From Carpediemonas membranifera BICM (taxonomy: Eukaryota; Protista; Fornicata), in NCBI GenBank assembly GCA_019828565.1, contig JAHDYR010000038.1, forward strand, positions 698,735 to 762,734: a DNA stretch of 64,000 nucleotides. Reading direction: 5' to 3'. Under the pieces are notes generated by a model. That model searched no databases, was not told the origin of the DNA, and saw only the letters and a list, made by a program, of their open reading frames with translations. The translations under genes were made by a program, and so were the position numbers. Below, in pieces: positions 54,101-64,000 of this stretch (position 1 is the first letter of the stretch; each line of letters opens with the position of its first letter).

Positions 54101-54354
54101 TTGGCACTGATGCTCGCGATGATGTATGTGACGAGAGCAGAGGTGCTGCGGTACGTGGCCATATCTAGCGCCATCCCGAAGTCTGTGTCGCTCTTATCTT
54201 CCGCACGGACCTTCACAGCCTCGCCGGAGAGGGTAGCCGTCGAGAAAAGGCCGTCGCTGCCAATGATCGCCAGAGAGTTGTCCAGACCATGATAGTTCAC
54301 ACTTTTCCAGCCAGAAACGCCGGCTTTGAAGGTTGTAATCTGCCTTTCAGCCAT
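51190..54354 (-). CDS. WDHD1: Ctf4/And-1/Mcl1 replisome hub (N-terminal WD40 + SepB domain)
   Basis: 'PFQPGSTP...ILTWTGCGKV', 'LFWTGLSAFGQLVTVDSRG' and 'YVWPIAV' SepB signatures; C-terminal 'NPF..KRK'. Confidence 0.82.
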   Translation of the reverse strand: MAERQITTFKAGVSGWKSVNYHGLDNSLAIIGSDGLFSTATLSGEAVKVRAEDKSDTDFGMALDMATYRSTSALVTYIIASISAKGEGSLWLFDESPTISPSPAKIDFYRNDMVPCSVAFDLNGQDVAVGLLDGRVLRFSLPDLRSAAKNHSKATPKKEFAAPAGSGPVLQVEFSDYNAHLAAFDSVRGEIRIYRQKGEEQVYTVADVTTDRITADDLKHAEDMKSVARSRRTFSFNHAGDRLVAPHMDGESIILVDMRKLKGDDGPNPSAAVRHNLGDIIEGASHYRANSGKTRTVTHAVFTPRGNSVAVVYTLDRTCVVTTWDLSPLFVGDEDLVTESMLLYGNDREGVVDLIADTVAIDPRADRLALADSQAATGAIFANLFGEQAKAWTRAAPETVDMAEVLEAEGRAQAMKGLSKEKKKAGGVERNAIALPEVRSREKSRLGIEDEEEAVQLPFQPGSTPYGESGDNILTWTGCGKVSSQLRVENSVATSFTIRAEHTKRVQPAFTVHRMYQMAALSDDALMLAATADEENGGSAEILLRRFLADGGHEETVVSTTDDIIAVAVGKSCAAVALVTNDLCLLTLDGLHALDVISLPGKPVTVSALNDLFAVTCQVGWATEESRPNLATLLVDSASRDPVLLQVDTPVSPASRLFWTGLSAFGQLVTVDSRGIARMLTTTRCPAWRTVHVPAKDTSHYVWPIAVRVTIGRTAEQKQIGTRGGRPIKASAADGGVTISLRGIDLPKPGMHPDGLAEHLHVANYPLLAPLGVVQGQGSGDRQVAAAVRDLQRCRLMATHMERVGQRDEVEKVNDLHDAAVMRLTRMFARVGSFDRARIVASTMLTAQGAQYANQAIRDAKDDGQEMSAHQRYNLNELIRLFKTVFGQDTNEQGEVELRYTSRLDAPPRDAEPTAHPLSSALATRQLDAYQLITEAVGELQSGLQETIVGAVRAHVDVAMEDAIAQGDVKQAPVEKKAETKGAVGRRHMVAEDLDEDATEVDEETEVDEPETPVVKQVKATPARGKEKTPVPKGRNPFTLAAKRKAAATRGEKR

Positions 54355-54637
54355 TGCGCGCGTTGTGAAGTTCCCGCAGTTTTGTGAGAGTCGAAATGAC
54401 TCCAGCGTGTAGGGAAGGTATTTCGACTGCTATGCGGTCGTATGATAGGGTGGATCGGGTCTGGCCTCTGGATGAAGTCAGCCAGGCCGCCCGAAAGAGC
54501 CCGGGCTGGTTTCGACGCATCTACCCATAACAGTCATGTTGGATCCGTTCTTAGACGTGCCCGCACGGCTCTACCCCACCACATATGCCGGAATTGGCTC
54601 CGCCGCACTTTTGCGCGAAAAATCTCTGTCGCGAGCG

Positions 54638-56035
54638 ATGAGCGGGGAAGAAGAGACTTGGGACCAAGATAAAGTGCTCGTAACGCTCGGAGAGACTTCT
54701 ATTCCTCCAGCTGTCCCTCCAGCTCCCGAGGATCAGCTCGAAATGGTCACAAAAGCGGGTCCATCGCCAGTTCCAAACAGAAAACGTCCTACTAAGCGCC
54801 GCGTACCCGAATCCGAAGAGAAGAAGTCTGAAATACCCCCAGCAGTACCTAAGGACCGTTTTCCGTTCAACCCCTCGCAGGAGCAGTCTCACACCCTCCG
54901 CCTCAAGAATTTGGAGGAGGAAAACGAGCTCCTGAAGCAGGAGAACAGGACGCTCAAGCAGGAGAACCGAGAGCTCCAGACGAAGCTTGCCCACCGTGAC
55001 CGGGACCGGACTGAAAGGGAGACGTACCCAATGCGGAAGACAGACATCAAGACGGAGGTGTTCTGGAGGGGGAAGGTGTCGAACCTGGAGAAGGCGCTGC
55101 TGGAGGCGAACAACAAGCTCGAGGCCGGGGAACAGCAGATGGAGGTGGCCCAGGAGGCGTTTGAGCGGGCAAAGCGACTCCGCAAGTCCCTGGACGAGCG
55201 GGAGAAGGACCTCGAGAGACGGATAGCAGCCCTGGCCGCCCAGCAGAACACCCAGCCCGCTGTAGACACCAGCAAGCTCGACTCATTGGCCAAGGAGAAC
55301 GGGGAGCTGCACCACAAGCTGGGAGCCCTGCAGGAGAAGGCGCGGGGCCTGGCGACGGTGAATGATGGCCTGGTAGAGAAGAACACGGTGCTGAAGGCCA
55401 GGGTGGCTGAGCTGCAGAGGCTGAACGCAGAGGCCAACCAGGCCGTGACCGAGCAGACTAAGCTGACCCACGAGGCGGAAGAGAACGCGCGGCAGCTCAA
55501 GGAGCACTACCAGGGTCGGGTCAAGGCTGCGAAGGAGAACATCGAGAAGGCCGGCGGCATCGAGAAGAAGTTCAACGCTGTGATACACGGACTCAAGGAC
55601 AAGCTCGACAAGGCTGCCCGGGACGGTGAGGCAGCGGTTGAGCGGGCCAAGGAGAAGGCGTGGGCGGAACGGGAGCAGGCTGTGGCAAAGGTCCAGTTCA
55701 AGCTCGAGGCCGCCCTGAACAAGCTGTCCGAGGCGGAACGGGGCCGGGGAGAGGCCGAGCTCGCCCTGAGGACGCTGAGGAACACACCACATGCCAGGAA
55801 CGAGGCGGACATCGCCACCACGCTGGATCATGTGGTGAAGCGGCAGAACGCGCACGACGTCATGATCCTCGCCGACGCCGAGCAGGAGGTCGAACGGGTC
55901 CGGGCTGAGCTCGCTAAGGTCGTGGAGCACAGCGGCGTCTTTATGAGGGAGGCCATGGACAAGATGGCGGACCTTGAGGCGTGGGGTACGAACGTTCATG
56001 CGTACTCCCGTCAGCTCGGAGAGGGGTTGACTTGA
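54638..56035 (+). CDS. Hypothetical coiled-coil protein
   Basis: Long heptad-rich ORF with N-terminal basic NLS-like RKRPTKRR; start could be 54536. Confidence 0.65.
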   Translation: MSGEEETWDQDKVLVTLGETSIPPAVPPAPEDQLEMVTKAGPSPVPNRKRPTKRRVPESEEKKSEIPPAVPKDRFPFNPSQEQSHTLRLKNLEEENELLKQENRTLKQENRELQTKLAHRDRDRTERETYPMRKTDIKTEVFWRGKVSNLEKALLEANNKLEAGEQQMEVAQEAFERAKRLRKSLDEREKDLERRIAALAAQQNTQPAVDTSKLDSLAKENGELHHKLGALQEKARGLATVNDGLVEKNTVLKARVAELQRLNAEANQAVTEQTKLTHEAEENARQLKEHYQGRVKAAKENIEKAGGIEKKFNAVIHGLKDKLDKAARDGEAAVERAKEKAWAEREQAVAKVQFKLEAALNKLSEAERGRGEAELALRTLRNTPHARNEADIATTLDHVVKRQNAHDVMILADAEQEVERVRAELAKVVEHSGVFMREAMDKMADLEAWGTNVHAYSRQLGEGLT

Positions 56036-56116
56036 CTCGGTTCAGAGTCATGATGGTATGTATAATGTAGATATACGCGTGGGATTTACCATAAACATAG
56101 GGCCGCATGTTAATAC

Positions 56117-56812
56117 TCACTTCATGCCCTTTCTCCCCTCCTTGCACCACAGTCGGGCGGGGCAGATGTCGCACTTGGGCTTCCGGGGCTGGCACACTGT
56201 CTGGCCGTACCCCACGAGGAGCGGGTTGATCTCAGCCCAGCAGTCCTTAGGCAACCAGTCCTCGAGGTCCTTCATGGTCTCGATGGGTGTCTTCGTCTTA
56301 ACCCAGCCTAGTCGGTTCGTGATCCGGTGGACGTGCGTGTCGACCGACACACCTACTGTGATGTTGTGACAGATCTGCAGGGCCAGGTGAGCCATCTTGG
56401 GGCCAACTCCGGGGAATGCTATGAGTTCCCGCAGCGTGTCTGGGACCTTGCCGTCGTGCTGTGTCGCCAGGAGCTCCGCCGTCTGCTTGATATGCTTGGC
56501 CTTCGTGCGGTGGAAGCCGACCTTCTTGATCTTCTCGTCGAGTTCCTCCTCAGTCCACTTGCGGACGACCTCGAGCGTCAGGCCGTCGGGTGCGCTCTTT
56601 AACTCGGTCATCACGGCACTGTTGGTGATGTCCTTCGTCTGTGATGAGAGCATAAGGCTGAAAAGCGTCTGGAAGTCCTGCTCGTCCTTGGGGGCCTTTG
56701 CATCCGCTGCTGTGTGCACGCCCATGGAGTCCACGGCCGCCTTGTGCTCCTCGCGGTACTTGCTGATCGCTTCCCATGCATCGTAGAAGCCTGATGGCAG
56801 TTTCTTGCTCAT
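56117..56812 (-). CDS. NTH1: Endonuclease III-like DNA glycosylase/AP lyase
   Basis: LMLSSQTKD, HhH FPGVGPKMA, VDTHVHRI, 4Fe-4S motif C-x6-C-x2-C-x5-C. Confidence 0.96.
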   Translation of the reverse strand: MSKKLPSGFYDAWEAISKYREEHKAAVDSMGVHTAADAKAPKDEQDFQTLFSLMLSSQTKDITNSAVMTELKSAPDGLTLEVVRKWTEEELDEKIKKVGFHRTKAKHIKQTAELLATQHDGKVPDTLRELIAFPGVGPKMAHLALQICHNITVGVSVDTHVHRITNRLGWVKTKTPIETMKDLEDWLPKDCWAEINPLLVGYGQTVCQPRKPKCDICPARLWCKEGRKGMK

Positions 56813-56959
56813 TGCTGTTTTGATTTGTCCACGGCAACGGTGGTGCCTTGCAGGTGCCGTTGGAAAATGACGCGATCATATCTGGCGCTCGAGGCCACCC
56901 AAACCGCCACACCACCCACCGCCCGACTAATAGCAAGTATTTAAACCGCACTGGTTACC

Positions 56960-57933
56960 CTAGACGTCCTCTTTCTTCTCGGACACGGCCGCAGCGGGAG
57001 GCGGGGAGAGAGCCTGCTGCTGCATCTTGATCTTGATGTAGCTGTACGAGAAGATGCCGCCCAGTGTCAGCATGATGCCGACCACAACCTTCCACGTGAG
57101 AGGATCGCCAAAGACGATGAACGCGACGCAGTAGTTGAGGACGGTCTTGACGTGGGACGCGACATTGTACGTGACAGCGTTGGTCCGGCCGATGATGAGG
57201 AAGATGGTGATGTTCACAGCGAACGAGAGGCAGCAGGACAGGAGCAGCATGGACCCCGACGTGGCGTCGAGACCGGTCATGACAATGTCCTTGGGTGAGT
57301 CGAACAGAGGGAAGATGAAGAGCAGGATGAACATGGACATGGGTACCTGGTACAGCAGGAGCTGGGAGGAGGAGGCCTGGAGGGATTTCTGGCGGACACC
57401 CGACCAGACCTGGTAAAACGACGTCGAGATGACAGCAGACACTCCGGCAATGACGCCAATCGGGTTCATCTGGATAGAGTCGACGGTGCAGATACCGATG
57501 CCGAGGCATATGGCGCCGAGGCAGTACCACATGGAGGCTGTGAGCTTCTTCTTGTAGATGAAGACCTCAATGATGGCAACGGTTGGTGTGACCATGATCT
57601 TCATCGTCTGGTAGAACCCCACCTGGTTGTACTGCAGCGACAGGTTGTTGAGCACCACGTAGCCGCAGAAGGCGAGGCTGAGCGGGAGCACGGCGAGCAT
57701 GCTGAGCTTCTTCGGGTGGAACAGGCCCACTTTGGCACACAGGGCTAGGCCACTGAATGTGAATATGAAGTGGAGGAAGGTGATGAATGTCGGGAAGGGG
57801 AAGGCGTTGAATACTGCGTGAGAGTGCTGGATCTCAACAGACCTACCTTGTTCACGGCAATAATCAGCACAGAACTGAATGTGTTGGCAGCAATAAAGCT
57901 AAGCGTCACTGCATTCTTCTGCAGGACGTCCAT
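56960..57933 (-). CDS. Nucleotide-sugar transporter (TPT/UXT/SLC35E3-like); exons 57843..57933 and 56960..57813 (29-nt intron)
   Basis: Spliced NKVVFNAFPFPTFITFLHF; NLSLQYNQVGFYQ..K, QLLLYQ and TYNVASHVKT motifs. Confidence 0.88.
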
Positions 57934-58123
57934 TGCTCGAGTTTCGGTAACTGGAATCGTCTCCAACTTTCGTCAGACGAATCCGGATCTGGGGTCGAGA
58001 GGCAGCGGGGAGCATTGCCCAGGGTCACTAGCCGGGAGACAGGCATACAGACACTGAGAGAGATCTTTATAATCAGTACCGACCGACCAAACGGTCATAT
58101 CTACATCATCTACAGCTACACAA

Positions 58124-59995
58124 CTACGTCGGCAACCCGTGGGCACCCACCGCGTCGTCCAGCCCTATGCCCCGCACGAGGGTAGCCAGCCCTCCCTTGA
58201 ACCCCCGCATGAACGCCGCGGTCAGGTCGGACGTCTCCCCGCCGGCCTTCTCCTTCTTCTCCTTCTCCTTGGTCTTTTCCTTGGTCTTGGCGGGTTCTGC
58301 GGTGCTGGGCTCAGCGAACCTCACTGTGCCCGGCGTCGTCTCCCCCGGCTTGGTCCGGGCCGACTTCAGTGCGGACTTGAGGGGGGCGGGGGTGGGCTTG
58401 AGGGCGATCGGTGGGACCTTGGGGGTGATGGTGGCGGCCTTAGGGGTGATGGAAACAGCTTTGGGCGTAATCACAGCGGCCTTGGGTGTAATAACCGCTG
58501 CTTTAGGTGTTATGGATGCCGTCTTTGGTGTGATCACTGCCTTGGGCGTTATGGCCACGGGTTTCGGTGTTATCGCCGACTTCGCAGGGATCGCCGACTT
58601 TGGCGTGACCGTCGGCTTCAGCTTCGGGTTCACCGGCGCTTTCTTCGGATTCACCTTCGGAGTCGCCAGCTTCGCCTTGGGCTGGGTCTTCGCCTGCTCC
58701 CGAGCAAGCCGCACGGCCTCCAGCGCCTTGTCCACACTGCTGACGACCGGCTTGGCTGGGGTCCGGCGGACTGTCGGCGTCGGGGCGGGCTCGGGGGCAG
58801 ACTCCTGGGTGCCGTCATCCTCAGGCTTGTCCCCGATAGTCGGCTCCACGGGTGCCCGCCGTGCCCGCACCTTGGGCGTCGCCGCCTTCACTTCATCATC
58901 CCGCTTCTGCCGCGCTGCCGCCGCCCGCGCCAAGATGTCTGTCGACTTCAGCAGCTCGGCGGCGGTGGGGACACGCTGGGGTGACCTATTGCGCGTCACT
59001 GCAGGGGTGGTAGGCTCAGCATCGCCATAGTCGGGCCGCCTCGACTCGGTGACTTTGACCATCAACTCGAGTGGAGTCAGATCCGGGTCGGACCCTAGTT
59101 TCCGGCAAATTGCCCCTTTGTCACTGCCAGCGAGCAGGCTGGCTGCTCCCAGCATCAGCGGGGCCGGCTCCGCACGCTTGGCCTCCGCCTCTGCCTCGCC
59201 TCTGGGCACCAGCAGCGCCTCCTTGCCCGCCCCAATGGCCTCCAGCAGCCCCACCACCGCCTCGATGATGACGCGGCCCTGTTCGAGGGTCGGTCGCCGC
59301 ACGGTCTCGCCGACGACACTGAGGACAACTGCTCTGGGCACATGCAGGGTCTGGCCCATGAAGGAGACCGCGAGGACAGGGCCCGGGGCCACGGTGCAGC
59401 CTAGTCGACCCCACTTGTCAGCGACGGCCTCGGCGTCCTCGTCGGATTTCCCGATGACGGTGGCCCGGCCCAGGGGTGTGACGAAGACCTGATCCATCGA
59501 CCTGACCCTGCCCTGCGTGGTGTACTGGGCGATATGTGGCGCTACTTCTATCTGAACGACGCCCGTGCCGTCGGGGGAGAACCCGAGCTCGAATGCAGGC
59601 GACCTCGTCGTTCCCGCTGCTAGCGGCGTGTAGATGAAGCCGACGGTGGACTTCCTAAGGCCTCTAGAGGAGATGAACTCAACTGCCGCCGCCTCTATGA
59701 CCGTGGCCAGGTGCTGGCCGGCCAACTCGGACGCCTGGGATGAGGAAGAGAGCTCGATATGCACTACGGCTAGTTTCTTCAGCAGGGCCGTGTGCTTTGG
59801 CTTGGTTAGCTTTGGGGATAGCGCGCATATGCCTGAAGTGGTCCCGATGATACCAATGAAGCCGCTCAAGGCTAGTATGTCCCTTCCACCGGTGAGTTCG
59901 CGCTCAGCATCGTCCTCTTCTCCATACCAGACAAACTCGTACTCATAGAACTGCGATGAGACGTGGTACGCCGTCACTTGGCTCATCCACGTCAC
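58124..59995 (-). CDS. Hypothetical protein with C-terminal tandem xxITPK repeats; 5' end probably extends via an intron at about 60091..60124
   Basis: ORF open back to 60103 without an upstream ATG; 8 ITPK units in a Lys/Pro/Ala-rich tail. Confidence 0.6.
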   Translation of the reverse strand: MTWMSQVTAYHVSSQFYEYEFVWYGEEDDAERELTGGRDILALSGFIGIIGTTSGICALSPKLTKPKHTALLKKLAVVHIELSSSSQASELAGQHLATVIEAAAVEFISSRGLRKSTVGFIYTPLAAGTTRSPAFELGFSPDGTGVVQIEVAPHIAQYTTQGRVRSMDQVFVTPLGRATVIGKSDEDAEAVADKWGRLGCTVAPGPVLAVSFMGQTLHVPRAVVLSVVGETVRRPTLEQGRVIIEAVVGLLEAIGAGKEALLVPRGEAEAEAKRAEPAPLMLGAASLLAGSDKGAICRKLGSDPDLTPLELMVKVTESRRPDYGDAEPTTPAVTRNRSPQRVPTAAELLKSTDILARAAAARQKRDDEVKAATPKVRARRAPVEPTIGDKPEDDGTQESAPEPAPTPTVRRTPAKPVVSSVDKALEAVRLAREQAKTQPKAKLATPKVNPKKAPVNPKLKPTVTPKSAIPAKSAITPKPVAITPKAVITPKTASITPKAAVITPKAAVITPKAVSITPKAATITPKVPPIALKPTPAPLKSALKSARTKPGETTPGTVRFAEPSTAEPAKTKEKTKEKEKKEKAGGETSDLTAAFMRGFKGGLATLVRGIGLDDAVGAHGLPT

Positions 59996-60279
59996 CGCCG
60001 GCCTGCTGGGTCGGTCGGGCAGTTTAGCGCTGGTGCCGCCCCACTGGCCATGGACTGCGACATGATAGTCAATACTACATGACGGCCAATCTGGTCTGGT
60101 TTTCTAAAGGGCAGTAGTTGTTACCTTGTCTTGGACGCGAGCTAATCGGTCGCGCCATAATAACAATTAGCGCCAAGGCTGCATCATACGACACCATCGC
60201 CCCTACCCCACCCCCTTCCGTCCTCTGGTTTTGTCGTCCAATTTTTCTTGCAAAAAAGTTTTCAGCGAGGATCATCAGC

Positions 60280-60948
60280 ATGCAGCTCACTGACCTTAAG
60301 GCTATCAACGAGTTCCTCACCGAGAACTCCTTCTTCGGCAAGTCTGTTGTCCCCAACAGTGACGATGTCAAGCTTTTCCACACCCTCGCTCGTTGCGCCC
60401 ACGAGTACGCTCAGTACCCCGCTCTCGTACGCTGGATGAAGGCCATGACTGCTCTTTCCATGGAGGAGATCCACTTCGTCGCCACTGCCGAGAAGTCCGT
60501 CTTCGAGACCGAGAAGAAGGTCGAGGCTGAGGCCGAGGAGGAGGAGGACAGCGACATGGATCTGTTCGGCTCCGACTCCGAGGATTCCGAGGCTGAGCGC
60601 CTGTTTGAGGAGCGCGCCAAGGCTGCCCAGGCCCGCATCGATGCCCGTAACGCCGCCAAGGGCAAGGACTCTGTCGCCAAGTCCATGATCATCCTCAAGA
60701 TCGCCCCCTACGAGGCTGACTGCGACCTCAACGTTCTCGTCGAGCAGATCAAGGAGAAGATCACCAAGGAGGGCTGCGTCTGGGGTGAGCACAAGCTCGA
60801 GGACGTCGCGTTCGGTGTCAAGAACATCGTCCTGCCCGCGACCATTGTCGATGATCTCGTCGGGACGGACGAGCTTTGTGAGGAAATTGAGGATGCCTTT
60901 GAAGATGACGTTCAGTCTGCTACCGTCATCGCTTTCAACAAGCTCTAA
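60280..60948 (+). CDS. EEF1B: Translation elongation factor 1-beta/delta
   Basis: DMDLFGSDSED acidic motif; 'AKSMIILKIAPYE', 'VAFGVK' and terminal 'VQSATVIAFNKL'. Confidence 0.95.
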   Translation: MQLTDLKAINEFLTENSFFGKSVVPNSDDVKLFHTLARCAHEYAQYPALVRWMKAMTALSMEEIHFVATAEKSVFETEKKVEAEAEEEEDSDMDLFGSDSEDSEAERLFEERAKAAQARIDARNAAKGKDSVAKSMIILKIAPYEADCDLNVLVEQIKEKITKEGCVWGEHKLEDVAFGVKNIVLPATIVDDLVGTDELCEEIEDAFEDDVQSATVIAFNKL

Positions 60949-61058
60949 GTAAAGGGAGCGCACGTGCAGTTTATGTCAAATCTCAGTCACCCCACATCAG
61001 CTGTTATCCCTCATCCCAAGGCTCCCAACCCCACTACCCATCAGTGTTTATATACGCA

Positions 61059-61985
61059 TTAGTGCTTGGACATGGCCGGGGTACTAACCGCGGCCGACCT
61101 GGGTTTCCTGACCATGAAGAACATCTTCGGGGCCATCTTCAGTCCAAGCACGCGCCGTGCCCCGTTAGGGACCAGTTCAAACCCGAAGCGGCCGTAGAAT
61201 GAGGTAAGCCCCTTGTTGGTCGCCTCGAGGTAGCAGGGGACATTGAGCCCGTCCGCCTGCTCGGTTATCGCCCGCATCAGGGCTGATCCGACGCCTTTCC
61301 CCCGGCACGCGCTGCTGGCGGCCACCATGACGATGTAAAGGTGCTCGGTATCCCCCATGATCTCGTCATGCTGCTCGGCCAGCCACTCGTTGACGTGCAT
61401 GTTAGCACCGTATCTGGCGAGCAGGGGCCGGTGCTTCCGGTTGAACAAACCGCTGAGGAAAAGCCGGTAGAAGGGCCAGACGTTCCTCCACCGGTACAGC
61501 TCGTGGTTGCGGGCCTCGGCCTGCTCGCTGTGGAGGTATGTTAGGGAGCCGATGAGCTTGCGGGTCTTGTTGTCGATCACGGTGATGACGTTGCCGGTGG
61601 CATCCATCGTCCGCTCCTCGACGTCGACCACGGCCTCTAAGAGGGCCCTCGTGGTCTCGGTAGACGGCTCGTTGTCTGACTCGTTGCCAGACGAGTCGGA
61701 AAGCTCCACGGACGAATCTGAAGTTTCGCCTGGAGAGGGTGCGTTGCCGGACCGACCAGAGCGGTTATCGGACGAGCCCACGGCTTTGCCTGATGAAGAA
61801 GCATCCTCATCAGGCGAGTTGGTATTTCGTTCCTCGATTTTATCGGGAGAAACCTCATCAACTTCCGAGTTTGCGAGGAAATTATAGAACGCGTCACTTT
61901 GGAACTCATCAACAATGAGTTGCTTCTGCGCCTCTCTCTGCTTTTCGTTTGCGATGTTGAAAATTAAGCTAAATTCTGAAGGCAT
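61059..61985 (-). CDS. GNAT-family N-acetyltransferase with Ser/acidic insertion
   Basis: 'CRGKGVGSALM', 'PCYLEAT' and 'FYGRFGF' motifs. Confidence 0.8.
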   Translation of the reverse strand: MPSEFSLIFNIANEKQREAQKQLIVDEFQSDAFYNFLANSEVDEVSPDKIEERNTNSPDEDASSSGKAVGSSDNRSGRSGNAPSPGETSDSSVELSDSSGNESDNEPSTETTRALLEAVVDVEERTMDATGNVITVIDNKTRKLIGSLTYLHSEQAEARNHELYRWRNVWPFYRLFLSGLFNRKHRPLLARYGANMHVNEWLAEQHDEIMGDTEHLYIVMVAASSACRGKGVGSALMRAITEQADGLNVPCYLEATNKGLTSFYGRFGFELVPNGARRVLGLKMAPKMFFMVRKPRSAAVSTPAMSKH

Positions 61986-62089
61986 GATCGAATGTCGGTG
62001 GTTTGCTGTTTTTGAAACGAATGTTTCCGTTCGTACAATCAGTTGATTAGATTGATTTGATTGAATCATTTTTCTCAGATTTACTGAAT

Positions 62090-62548
62090 CTAGTTCAGGA
62101 TTGAGGCGGCGGCGGAGGCGTTGAAGGACTTGTAGTAGACCGCCATCTCGGCCTCGCGTTGATTCATACCACAGCGCTCGTAGAAGCCGACGTTCTTGTC
62201 GCTGCAGGCGAGGATGGTTTTGTAGCAGCCCATCTCACGGCCGATTTCGATGAGGGTCTTAACGATGACCTTACCCAGACCACGACCGCGGAAGGCGGTG
62301 TCGACGACGATGTCCTCGATGTGGCCGACGAGGGAGCCGCCACGGATAAGCTTGGGTTCCGCGAAGATGGTGCCAGAAGCGACGACCTTGCCGGTGATGG
62401 TGGACTCGACCACGAGGACGGCGTGAAGGGGGTTCGTCTCGGACCAGTGAAGGAAGTGGTAGTATCGCTCGAACGTCATCTCGGGGGCATCAGTGAGCTG
62501 GGCAAGGAGCTGCGTGTGGTCCTTGTAGAAGTCCTGCTGGGAGGCCAT
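62090..62548 (-). CDS. GNA1: Glucosamine-6-phosphate N-acetyltransferase
   Basis: LLAQLT, EPKLIRGGSLVGHIEDIVV, RGRGLG, GCYKTILAC, NVGFYERCG. Confidence 0.95.
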   Translation of the reverse strand: MASQQDFYKDHTQLLAQLTDAPEMTFERYYHFLHWSETNPLHAVLVVESTITGKVVASGTIFAEPKLIRGGSLVGHIEDIVVDTAFRGRGLGKVIVKTLIEIGREMGCYKTILACSDKNVGFYERCGMNQREAEMAVYYKSFNASAAASILN

Positions 62549-62898
62549 GCGGATTATCAGATCCGTGCCCAGATTCTGCGTGAAATCGTACGTGAAATGA
62601 GCGCTTTCGAACTGGCGCGTCGTTTCGCTAATGAAATGGGAGTTTTCGGTTTGCATTGCTATTCTTTGCTATTGTTGCTGAGTTGTGAGTGGCGTTACGA
62701 TGTCACTGCTTGAGAGTACGTAGTGAAGATGTCACAAGGGGCATTTGCCGTAAAATGCACCGCGAATTCCGGGCCATGCGGCTGCCCCACGCCATGGTAG
62801 GGCTGGCTGGCCTTCCTTCAGATCCAGCAGACATACAGCTATCCGAAATTATTTTTACAATCTGCGAGATATCGGGCGAATCAGCGATATACAGTAAA

Positions 62899-64000
62899 TC
62901 ACTGCCGCGGGCTATACGTAGTGTGGAGCAGCTCGTGGGCCTCGTGACTGCCGGGGGCGCCACCAAGCATGGACGCGTACAGCCGCTGGAGAGTGTCGTT
63001 CTCCTGGGACTTGCGGTGGCCCTTGGACCTGTCGATGCTGTAGAGGCCCTCGGCCCGCTTCGGAACGTTCTTCTTGAAGGCCTTGCCCTTGGGCATCCCG
63101 CCGCCGCCGACACAGCCGCCGGGGCAGGCCATGACTTCAACAAAGTCGAACTTATCGCCAGCCTTGATGCGCTTGATGAGCTTGGCGATGTTGTCGCCGC
63201 CGCTGACGACCGCGACCTTCAGCTCCTTGCCGTCGAGCGCCACCGTCGCCTCCTTGATGCCGGCCTTTCCAGGGCGGACGGCTCCGTCAAACTCTACGTT
63301 GGGGGCGGGCTTGCCAGTGGCAGCCTCGTGAGCGAAACGGAGAGCAGCCTCCATCACGCCACCGGACGCGCCGAAGATGTCACCGCCGCCGGTCGACTCG
63401 CCGAAGAACTCGTCAAAGTCTGCTGCCGGGAGGGCCTTGAGGTCGACCTTCTCGGCAGTGAGCATGCGGCCGAACTCGCGAACGGTGCAGACCTCATCGA
63501 TGTCGCCAGAGAGCTGCTCGCGCTTGATCTCGTCCTTCTTGGCGGTGCAAGGCATGAATGAGACAAGGTAAATGTCCTCGGGCTTGACACCGAGCACCTG
63601 GCTGAACTTGTGGCGAATAACAGCGCCAGCCATGCCTTGGGGCGAGCGACAGGAGGAGAGGTTGGGGATGAGCTCCGGGTAGACCTTCTCGACCATGTTG
63701 ACCCAGCCGGGGCAGCAGCTAGTAAACATCGTGCCCTGGCCCAGCCGGGAGAGCAGCTCGGTGCCCTCCTCCATGATGGTCAGGTCGGCACCGGTGTTGG
63801 TGTCGAAGACATAGTCGAATCCGAAGGCCTTGAGGGCGGCTACCATCTGGCCGGTTGAGTCGGTGCCCGCGGGGAGGTCGGCCTCCTCGGAGATGCCGAC
63901 GCGGACGGATGGGGCGGTGATGGCGACACAGATCTTGCCGTTCTTGTTCTTGTTCTTGAGGGTCTCGAGGACTGTCTTGGAGGCGTCCTTCTCGTAGAGG
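62899..64000 (-). CDS. hydA: [FeFe]-hydrogenase H-domain (5' end beyond window)
   Basis: APSVR, ADLTIMEEGTEL, L1 FTSCCPGW, L2 MPCTAKKDE, L3 EVMACPGGCVGGGG; frame open to the window edge. Confidence 0.95.
   Translation of the reverse strand, partial: LYEKDASKTVLETLKNKNKNGKICVAITAPSVRVGISEEADLPAGTDSTGQMVAALKAFGFDYVFDTNTGADLTIMEEGTELLSRLGQGTMFTSCCPGWVNMVEKVYPELIPNLSSCRSPQGMAGAVIRHKFSQVLGVKPEDIYLVSFMPCTAKKDEIKREQLSGDIDEVCTVREFGRMLTAEKVDLKALPAADFDEFFGESTGGGDIFGASGGVMEAALRFAHEAATGKPAPNVEFDGAVRPGKAGIKEATVALDGKELKVAVVSGGDNIAKLIKRIKAGDKFDFVEVMACPGGCVGGGGMPKGKAFKKNVPKRAEGLYSIDRSKGHRKSQENDTLQRLYASMLGGAPGSHEAHELLHTTYSPRQ

Noticed and set aside
62899-64000. Nar1/NARF instead of a true hydrogenase
   Set aside because: TSCCPGW with the proton-transfer Cys and MPCTAKKDE are hydrogenase-type; no Nar1 C-terminal Trp
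1-64000. tRNA or rRNA genes
   Set aside because: None recognised by eye; a tRNAscan-SE/Infernal run would be needed to exclude them

Overview
Gene-dense, GC-rich DNA from a eukaryotic microbe. It uses the standard genetic code (host genes end in TAA, TAG or TGA) and has rare ~30-nt spliceosomal introns. It carries flagellar genes (CFAP74, Tctex1) and anaerobic metabolism genes (hybrid cluster protein, [FeFe]-hydrogenase). This profile suggests a free-living metamonad/fornicate such as Carpediemonas; the identification is an inference. Three things stand out. (1) A Fanzor1 (eukaryotic TnpB-like RNA-guided nuclease) cassette lies at about 28.85-31.05 kb on the minus strand, and the ORF track shows only part of it. 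Reading through two in-frame stops recovers all three RuvC catalytic motifs and the zinc finger. Omega-RNA-like hairpins follow, and the putative guide matches a 25-34 bp sequence just beyond the other end of the cassette. (2) Three copies of a large modular protein: variable WD40 or macrodomain/PBZ sensor, then coiled coil, kinase, HECT-like domain and RBR zinc fingers. The copies show gene-conversion tracts, divergent WD repeats and a 6-kb inverted duplication, resembling an innate-immune receptor family. (3) Highly divergent kinetochore/checkpoint candidates: a Nuf2-like ORF and a Bub1/Mad3-like ORF. All assignments come from motif recognition and manual translation; no database search was run.
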